In this document: piece after piece, positions 1 through 7,812 of the stretch
How positions within the stretch are numbered: position 1 is the first letter of the stretch
Layout of the letters: each line of letters opens with the position of its first letter
From: Patescibacteria group bacterium
GTDB taxonomy: Bacteria; Patescibacteriota; Minisyncoccia; Phycocordibacterales; SBAW01
Length of the DNA: 61,654 nt
Direction of reading: 5' to 3'
NCBI GenBank assembly: GCA_019752125.1
Contig: JAIEMM010000007.1
Location: 1 to 61,654 of the forward strand
Notes under the pieces: model-generated
The model's input: the letters and a program-made list of their open reading frames with translations, nothing else
What the model was told of the DNA's origin: nothing
The model's database searches: none
Translations under genes and position numbers: made by a program

Positions 1-2
1 TT

Positions 3-746
3 AAAAACCACCCTATGGTTAGAGCTTCCGCAGAGGAGTCTGCTACAGCATCGTCGACATTGTACATAGTTATCACTAGTGACAAAGGTCTTGCAGGTTC
101 TCTTAACTCAGGCGTTCTTCGCAAGATCTACGCAGAAATGCTCGCAGATCCCGAGCAAGGTCGAGGGACTCAGGTTATTGCGGTAGGTAAGAAGGCGAAT
201 GACTTTTTCACTACGCGCAATATCCCTGTTACCGCATTCCATGCAAATAACGACAAGATCACTCCAGAACTTATTGATGAGATTACACTTGAAGCACTCA
301 ATCGTTTCACTATGGGCGCAGTTGGTACAGTAAAAATTGCGTATCAGAATTTTATTTCGACGCTTGAACAAAAGCCTGTCATTCATACGGTATTACCACT
401 TTCAGTGGGTGAGCTTCAAAACGTTGTGGAAGGAATCACGCCAACAAAAGGTGTATTTTCAGAAAAGTCAGATATACACGCACCTGCAGAGTATTCGATA
501 GAGCTCGATGGAGAAGATATACTCAGCGCGCTCGCACCTAAACTTGTGTCCATTTTCGTGTACCATGCACTACTCGAGTCTCATGCGTCGGAACATTCCG
601 CCCGCATGGTGTCGATGAAGTCAGCATCGGACAAGGCAGGAGAGATGGAGCACAAGCTGACACTGCAATTTAACAAAGCACGACAGGCAGCAATTACGAG
701 AGAGGTGAGTGAAATTATCGGCGGTATGGAGGCAATGGCAAATTAA
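3..746 (+). CDS. atpG: F0F1 ATP synthase subunit gamma (5' truncated by window edge)
   Basis: ITSDKGLAGSLN and C-terminal SEHSARMVSMKSASD...KARQAAITREVSEI motifs; frame open to window start; directly upstream of atpD. Confidence 0.97.
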   Translation, partial: KNHPMVRASAEESATASSTLYIVITSDKGLAGSLNSGVLRKIYAEMLADPEQGRGTQVIAVGKKANDFFTTRNIPVTAFHANNDKITPELIDEITLEALNRFTMGAVGTVKIAYQNFISTLEQKPVIHTVLPLSVGELQNVVEGITPTKGVFSEKSDIHAPAEYSIELDGEDILSALAPKLVSIFVYHALLESHASEHSARMVSMKSASDKAGEMEHKLTLQFNKARQAAITREVSEIIGGMEAMAN

Positions 747-759
747 TAAACGGGAATAA

Positions 760-2132
<1,373 letters not shown>

Positions 2133-2133
<1 letters not shown>

Positions 2134-2369
2134 TGAAATTAGTTATTGCAAAAGTTGATGAAAATGTGTTCGATGGCGAGGCCATCTCTGTTACTGTGCC
2201 CGGAAGCCAGGGAGAGATGACTATACTCGGCCACCACGAACCACTTATTACAACGCTTAAGGCGGGGACTATTGTTATTAAACAACTCGCCGATGTGGAA
2301 CCTATCCAGATCCCTATCCAGGGCGGCATGCTCGAAGTCCGCACAGAGGGCGCAACCATCCTTCTATAA
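2133..2369 (+). CDS. atpC: ATP synthase epsilon, short form (N-terminal beta-sandwich only, 78 aa)
   Basis: VTVPGSQGEMTILGHHEPLIT motif; start overlaps atpD stop. Confidence 0.9.
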
Positions 2370-2372
2370 AGT

Positions 2373-2395
2373 TGAGCAAGGTTCGACCTTGCTCA
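2373..2395. repeat. Perfect 10-bp hairpin (TGAGCAAGGT-TCG-ACCTTGCTCA), same family as in-frame copy in mnmA
   Basis: Direct reading; its reverse complement matches 15429-15445 at 15/17 nt. Confidence 0.75.
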
Positions 2396-2499
2396 TAGCT
2401 ATACACAGGTTGCGCCTGAGCTCATCTTTGTTATAAAGAAAATAGTTGCGTAGCGTTGTGCGTACGTGCCAGATCTTTAGTTTAGTAAGGGGACGTGTT

Positions 2500-2760
2500 A
2501 TGGCTCGGGTTCAAGCTTATTGTGCAGGATGCAGCGAAGCATTCGGAATGACTGCTCGTCGCAGCCACTACAACGGTCTTCAGTTCCACCACGTGGACTA
2601 CCAGAGTAAATGCTTGGAGGATTACAAGAAAAAACATCCTCCTCTGACCATCCGTCAACGAGTTGGTGGCTTTGTTCTCGCACTGCTCCCAGCGTTTCTT
2701 CAGCCATCCGAAGAAGAGAACAGTTCGACAACAGAAGTCATGCACGCCGCTGACGACTGA
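2500..2760 (+). CDS. Small hypothetical protein (86 aa), CxxC plus His/Cys possible Zn site and C-terminal hydrophobic stretch; accessory cassette
   Basis: ATG at 2500 preceded by SD AAGGGGA (2487-2493); followed by terminator. Confidence 0.65.
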   Translation: MARVQAYCAGCSEAFGMTARRSHYNGLQFHHVDYQSKCLEDYKKKHPPLTIRQRVGGFVLALLPAFLQPSEEENSSTTEVMHAADD

Positions 2761-2784
2761 CTCATCTTGTGCTGTATGCTACAG

Positions 2785-2812
2785 GGCGCCTGCGAAAGCG
2801 GACGCCTTTTTT
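2785..2812 (+). terminator. Intrinsic terminator
   Basis: GGCGCCTGC-GAAA-GCGGACGCC hairpin followed by T6. Confidence 0.75.
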
Positions 2813-2831
2813 CTTATGTTAAAATTTTTAC

Positions 2832-3812
2832 ATGACCTTTGCGATTTTAATGTCGCTCATTACTCTCGGCTTGTATTGTGTACAACAGCTGGGTGTCACT
2901 CTTGCTGTTGGTGCTGAAACAATATTGCTTGTTGCGTATCTTCAAGCGGTTCGTGATGGTGTTGTTGATGAAGAAGAAAAAGGGTTTGCCCGCGCAGTAC
3001 GAAGCGTTAAAGATTTCGGTTTGTTTTTCATAATCATTTCTGGAGGAGCTCTAGTGGCTAATCAGTTTTTTACCGGTCAGCTTAATGACTTTCTTTCAAT
3101 CACCGTGCTCTTTAAATGGAGCTTGATAGGTATCGGGCTTTTCTTAGGATTTGTTCGCGGTTCTGGTCTTATAACAGGATTGATACAAGGTCTTTCTGCG
3201 GGAACATGGTACGCGCTTTTTGCCGTCCATATCTTAGCGCCTGAAGCGCCTTGGGAGCAGCTCGTCATATTTTATGGGATCTGGCTTGTCGGATTTTGCA
3301 TGTGTTGGACCGTTCTTGTATTTTCATTACGAAATAAAAAAGCTGCGTATGTGGCCCCTGCGCGCCCGGTAGCTGCAAGTGCTGTGCCAAAGGCTGCTGT
3401 GGTAATTACTCCGGACAGGGTGAAGTCTACGCAGGAAACAGTCGTAGCCGAGCCTGCGCAAGCTCGTCCGATCGGTTCTGTCGAACCGCGGCCCGATCTT
3501 GCTCCGGCATCCGCGACATTTATTTCTCCGGTTACGATGACTATGCCGAAGCAGAACCCGGCTGCGGAGCCGAAGACCGACGCAGAGGGTTCTGCGCAGG
3601 CAAAACCACAACCTTCTATTCCGACTATTCCGACTCCTCCGACGCCGCCGTCTATGCCTATAGCGGCATCTATACCTCCTCCTGTTCCGCCACCTCCACC
3701 GCCAAAGGTTCCAGTGTCTGCTCCTACAACACCTCCGCCGCCAGCCTCATGGTTGCACGTGATGCCAAAAACACCTGAAGAGCTCGCAAAACGTAAGGAG
3801 CAGACGTCATAA
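2832..3812 (+). CDS. Hypothetical multi-pass membrane protein with long Pro/Ala-rich C-terminal tail
   Basis: About 5 hydrophobic segments in first 165 aa, then low-complexity Pro-rich tail; TGnTAAAAT 6 nt before ATG. Confidence 0.8.
   Translation: MTFAILMSLITLGLYCVQQLGVTLAVGAETILLVAYLQAVRDGVVDEEEKGFARAVRSVKDFGLFFIIISGGALVANQFFTGQLNDFLSITVLFKWSLIGIGLFLGFVRGSGLITGLIQGLSAGTWYALFAVHILAPEAPWEQLVIFYGIWLVGFCMCWTVLVFSLRNKKAAYVAPARPVAASAVPKAAVVITPDRVKSTQETVVAEPAQARPIGSVEPRPDLAPASATFISPVTMTMPKQNPAAEPKTDAEGSAQAKPQPSIPTIPTPPTPPSMPIAASIPPPVPPPPPPKVPVSAPTTPPPPASWLHVMPKTPEELAKRKEQTS
3547..3600. repeat. Palindromic element (45-nt stem-loop plus flanks), copy 1, within CDS
   Basis: Core 3559-3581 identical to 36829-36851; closing 9-bp stem GCAGAACCC/GGGTTCTGC. 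Confidence 0.85.
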
Positions 3813-3817
3813 TCAAC

Positions 3818-4432
3818 ATGCATTTTTTTAAAGACGCACCAAAAAAGAACATCGTTATCTTGCTCGGACACCCTGATACTTCACAAACGCTCTGTGGTGA
3901 GCTTGCGTTGTTGTATGAAAGTGCAGCAAAAAAGGCAGGGCATGAGGTGAAACGTTTTAATCTTGGCGAAATGAATTTCGATCCCATCATGCATAAGGGA
4001 TATAAGGAGATACAACAGCTCGAGCCCGATCTTGTTAAATTTCAAGACGCTATTCGTTGGAGCAATCATTTCGTCGTCATATATCCAAACTGGTGGTGCA
4101 CCATGCCAGCGCTTTTAAAAGGTTTGTTCGATCGCGTATGGCTGCCAGGGTTTTGTTTCCACATGATTAAAAACGCAGAGGGCAAACAAAAGATGGGCTG
4201 GCATAAATTATTGAAAGGTAGAACGGCGCGTGTTGTTGTTACCTCCGGTTCTCATCCAATGCTTATCTATTTGTTCTTTGGTGACTATACAAATGAAATA
4301 AAAAGGGGGATTCTGTGGTTTGCTGGGTTTAAAACAAAACTTACTAAGTTTGGTCCTGCAGAACATGCTCCTGAATGGAAACTCAACGAGTGGCGACGCA
4401 CAATTGCACGGCTAGGGAGACTGGGGGAATAG
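3818..4432 (+). CDS. NAD(P)H-dependent oxidoreductase, flavodoxin-like fold (quinone reductase family)
   Basis: ILLGHP...S, YPNWWCTMPALLKGLFDRV, LLKGRTARVVVT motifs. Confidence 0.9.
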   Translation: MHFFKDAPKKNIVILLGHPDTSQTLCGELALLYESAAKKAGHEVKRFNLGEMNFDPIMHKGYKEIQQLEPDLVKFQDAIRWSNHFVVIYPNWWCTMPALLKGLFDRVWLPGFCFHMIKNAEGKQKMGWHKLLKGRTARVVVTSGSHPMLIYLFFGDYTNEIKRGILWFAGFKTKLTKFGPAEHAPEWKLNEWRRTIARLGRLGE

Positions 4433-4537
4433 GGTATCGACAAAGCAGCTTTTTGTGCAATACTTGACCGCGTTGTGTTCTTTTGAGTACGTGTAAACTT
4501 TTGCTACCCTTTTCAAAACCATTTCTGGAGATGCCAA

Positions 4538-5245
4538 ATGCTACGGTTTTTATGTGGGCTCGCGCTCGCGTTCCTTCTGGGAGCGTGTGTGAGCGAAGGT
4601 AGTGGCGGGTACGTTGCGACCTCTGCTCCGTCGGCTGCCCTCTCGTCTGGCGACATCTGCGACGACGACGAATGCGCCGTCATGGTGGCTGACCGCCCCA
4701 ACGAAGTGCTCTATTTCGGCCGTGGGCCCATGTGGGGCACGCCGCTCTACGCGATCGCCTGGGAACCCGGCTACAGTATCCCGTGGGGTCTCCGGTACTA
4801 CAATCGCTGGAACGGTGTCGTCGTCAACAGAACTGTTTTCCAGACGGTCGCCGTCGACCGCGGGTGGAATCGCTCGGTCTTCGCTGCCAACGTTGCGCCG
4901 CGCGGCGTCCATCCGTTCCGCGGCAATACTGCGGTGCGGCTGCCGAACGGCACTTCGGTCGCGTACAACAACCGTCGCGATCACATCAGGCCGGTCACCG
5001 GTTTGCCGTCTCGGCCTCCGGTGCATGCCGGTGTTGCTCCGCCGTCGCGGCCTCCGGTCCATACTGGTGTGACGCCCCGACCGCCGCAACACACGGCTCC
5101 GCCTGTGCGTACGGCGCCCCCGCCGTCGCGGCCTCCGGTGCAGCACGTTTCCACTCCGCCGCCCCGGGTCTATGCGCCTCCGCCTCGGCCTGCGCCGGCC
5201 CCTCAGCGCAGGAGCTGTGGCGGGCGCGGCGAGCCCAGGTGCTAA
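4538..5245 (+). CDS. GC-rich hypothetical lipoprotein with Pro/Arg-rich repetitive tail; accessory cassette
   Basis: Lipobox-like LLGAC at residue 17; SD GGAG upstream; about 67% GC in sampled line 4621-4680; three 21-nt PSRPPV(H/Q) repeats at 5005, 5041, 5122. Confidence 0.75.
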   Translation: MLRFLCGLALAFLLGACVSEGSGGYVATSAPSAALSSGDICDDDECAVMVADRPNEVLYFGRGPMWGTPLYAIAWEPGYSIPWGLRYYNRWNGVVVNRTVFQTVAVDRGWNRSVFAANVAPRGVHPFRGNTAVRLPNGTSVAYNNRRDHIRPVTGLPSRPPVHAGVAPPSRPPVHTGVTPRPPQHTAPPVRTAPPPSRPPVQHVSTPPPRVYAPPPRPAPAPQRRSCGGRGEPRC

Positions 5246-5266
5246 GCAGCGCCTGAAAACTGTTCC

Positions 5267-5300
5267 AAAACGCGTCCTTGCGGGACGCGTTTTTTCTTTT
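5267..5300 (+). terminator. Intrinsic terminator (possibly bidirectional)
   Basis: AAAACGCGTCC-TTGCG-GGACGCGTTTT plus T-run. Confidence 0.85.
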
Positions 5301-5353
5301 CATAGACTAAACAGGGTTGTTATTGTATAACGAGGTGGAAAGGAGTACCTCGT

Positions 5354-5647
5354 ATGAATCTGAAGGTGTTTGCTGCTCTCGCGCTAGCGATGCTGTCTGT
5401 TGCCGCGTGTGGAATCCCACCGCTTTATACCACTCGCGTGGTTGCGGTTGCTTCTCCGCCGATTGTTGAGGTCGCCGGCGACTACTACTATCCGCTCAAC
5501 TGCTACGAGTTCGGGTGTGCACACCGTGTCGTCGTGGTGGGTGGCCGTCGCGGCTACTATATCGGACCAAGATTCTACCCATATGTTGGACGCGTCTACT
5601 ATCACGGCTACGGCCCATGGCGCCGTCCTGTATGGGTCTACATCTGA
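5354..5647 (+). CDS. Small hypothetical lipoprotein, Tyr/Gly/Arg-rich; accessory cassette
   Basis: Signal peptide ending VAAC; SD GGAAAGGAG; TAGACT-17-TATAAC promoter candidate. Confidence 0.7.
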   Translation: MNLKVFAALALAMLSVAACGIPPLYTTRVVAVASPPIVEVAGDYYYPLNCYEFGCAHRVVVVGGRRGYYIGPRFYPYVGRVYYHGYGPWRRPVWVYI

Positions 5648-5663
5648 AGCTCATTATCTGCCC

Positions 5664-5696
5664 CCGCCCGAGTTTCTCTCGGGCGGTTTTCTTTTT
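5664..5696 (+). terminator. Intrinsic terminator
   Basis: CCGCCCGAG-TTTCT-CTCGGGCGG plus T-rich tail. Confidence 0.85.
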
Positions 5697-5722
5697 GTAA
5701 AAATAGAATGTATAGTCTTGTA

Positions 5723-6823
5723 ATGGGTTTAGCTATAGGAATCGTAGGGCTCCCCAACGTGGGGAAGTCGACTCTTTTTAACGCGCTTACTAAAAAGAGC
5801 GTGCTCGCGGCCAATTATCCGTTTGCGACCATCGACCCTTCAGTGGGCGTCGTTTCTGTGCCTGACGAGCGGGTAGACAAACTTGCAGCATTTTCAAACT
5901 CGGAGAAAGTAGTTCCTGCGGCTGTTGAATTTGTTGACATTGCTGGCCTTGTAAAAGGTGCCTCAGAGGGTGAGGGGTTGGGCAACAAATTTCTTTCACA
6001 CATTCGTGAGGTAGATGCTATCGCACACGTTGTGCGTATGTTTGATAACACCAACATTATGCACGTAGATGGAGAGGTAAACCCACTTCGCGATATTGAA
6101 ACTATTAATCTTGAACTTATTTTGGCCGACTTGGAGACAGTGCAGAAGCGTCTCGAGTCATTGACGCGTGATGTTAAACAAGGAAAGAAAGAATCTATCC
6201 TTGAAGAAGCGGCTGTGCAGAAAGCATATACCGTTCTAAAAGAGGGGAATATGGCACGTGAAGCCGAATACACTCCGGAGGAAAAAGAAGCAATGAAAGG
6301 CCTGCACTTACTTTCAATGAAACCAATGCTCTATGTATTGAACAAAGAGGCGGGCGGCCACAACATCGATGAATTAAACGACGGACGTTTTGAACGTCTT
6401 CAAGAGTTCCTCACGAAGACTGCGGCATCATATGTAATAGTTGATGCAAATGTTGAAAGCGAGCTTCGTGAGCTCCACACAGACGACAAAGCTTCGTTCC
6501 GTCAGGAATACGGTGTTTTTGATGATGGCGTAAACGAACTTATTAAGGCGGGGTATCAGCTCCTTGGCCTTATGAGCTTCTTTACTACCGGCCCAGGCGA
6601 AACTCGCGCGTGGACTATCCCTGTCGGCTCTACTGCACCAGAAGCTGGCGCCGCTATCCATACAGATTTCTTCAACAAGTTTATCCGCGCAGAGGTAATT
6701 GCGTGGGACACGCTTATCGAAGCTGGTTCCTATGCAAAGGCTCGCGAAAAAGGCCTCGTTCGAACAGAAGGTAAGGAATACATCGTGAAGAACGGCGATG
6801 TGATAGAATTTTTACACAGCTAA
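5723..6823 (+). CDS. ychF: Redox-regulated ATPase YchF (Obg family)
   Basis: GIVGLPNVGKSTLFNALT, DIAGLVKGAS.GEGLGNKFL, C-terminal TGS domain. Confidence 0.98.
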   Translation: MGLAIGIVGLPNVGKSTLFNALTKKSVLAANYPFATIDPSVGVVSVPDERVDKLAAFSNSEKVVPAAVEFVDIAGLVKGASEGEGLGNKFLSHIREVDAIAHVVRMFDNTNIMHVDGEVNPLRDIETINLELILADLETVQKRLESLTRDVKQGKKESILEEAAVQKAYTVLKEGNMAREAEYTPEEKEAMKGLHLLSMKPMLYVLNKEAGGHNIDELNDGRFERLQEFLTKTAASYVIVDANVESELRELHTDDKASFRQEYGVFDDGVNELIKAGYQLLGLMSFFTTGPGETRAWTIPVGSTAPEAGAAIHTDFFNKFIRAEVIAWDTLIEAGSYAKAREKGLVRTEGKEYIVKNGDVIEFLHS

Positions 6824-6843
6824 TTATCCACTCATCTATATAT

Positions 6844-7785
6844 ATGCCAGCAAAAACAACTCCTAAAGATTTCTTTCTCTGGGCAGGGGCAATGGTTTCT
6901 CTCTTTGGCAGTATTGCTGCCTTTATCGGTCTCGTGTTCGATTATATAAACTACGCTTTTCCGGACCCGCTCGCATACTACGTAAGCAATCCATATGAAA
7001 ATGGCGTCGCGTACGAAATGTCATCATTGATTATTCTCGGCGCGCTTTGCTTGGTTTTGATGCGCGTCATTCATAGCACTATCAAGAAAGATCCGACGCG
7101 CGCAGACGTTTGGGTGCGACGTTGGGCACTTTTCCTTACACTCTTTGTCGCAGGCGCCGCTATTGCTATCGACCTTATCGTTCTACTGACCTCGTTCTTG
7201 AACGGTGAGTCGCTCACGACAGCATTTTTGCTCAAAGTTCTTGTTGTGCTCCTCGTCGCAGCAGCTGGCTTTATGCACTTTTTGGCAGACCTTCGCGGCT
7301 ACTGGAATGCAAACCCTACACTCTCAATTCGAGTAAGCGTTGGTGTTGGTATTCTCGTTATCCTTACTATCCTCGCAGGGTTCTTTATTCTCGGGACTCC
7401 TCAGCAGGCACGGCAGATGCGTTTGGACATGCAGCGTGTGAGCGACTTGCAAACCTTACAGGGTGAAATAACAAACTATTATCAACAAAAACAAGCTCTG
7501 CCAAGTTCGCTTGCGGAGCTGAATGACCCCTTGCTCTACAATACAGTTCCAGTCGATCCGGAAACTAATCAGCCCTACGAATACTCAAAAACTGCAAGCT
7601 TAGGATTTGAATTGTGCGCTACATTCAAGGCCGCAAGCAGTGGCAACACACCTTCGCGTACAATGCCAGTGAAAGTAGGTGGCGTTTCTCAGGCGGATAA
7701 CTGGGTACACACGGCAGGTCGCTCTTGCTTCGTGCGTTCGATTGACCCTGATTTTTTCCCTCCACCAACAAAAAACACTCAGTAA
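6844..7785 (+). CDS. CPR-type membrane protein (DUF5671-like N-terminus) with C-terminal pilin/GspG-like domain
   Basis: KDFFLWAGAMVSL start, several TM segments, then TM + RLDMQRVSDLQTLQGEITNYY...DPETNQPYEY...ELCATF. Confidence 0.7.
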   Translation: MPAKTTPKDFFLWAGAMVSLFGSIAAFIGLVFDYINYAFPDPLAYYVSNPYENGVAYEMSSLIILGALCLVLMRVIHSTIKKDPTRADVWVRRWALFLTLFVAGAAIAIDLIVLLTSFLNGESLTTAFLLKVLVVLLVAAAGFMHFLADLRGYWNANPTLSIRVSVGVGILVILTILAGFFILGTPQQARQMRLDMQRVSDLQTLQGEITNYYQQKQALPSSLAELNDPLLYNTVPVDPETNQPYEYSKTASLGFELCATFKAASSGNTPSRTMPVKVGGVSQADNWVHTAGRSCFVRSIDPDFFPPPTKNTQ

Positions 7786-7812
7786 TGCTACGGATGGGCG
7801 CAGTATGACCAC

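Noticed and set aside
3272-3871. Long antisense ORFs (e.g. 3272-3871, 4550-5146, 32962-33489, 55406-56036, 53794-54294)
   Set aside because: Shadows of real genes on the opposite strand or frame; low-complexity or implausible translations and no start signals
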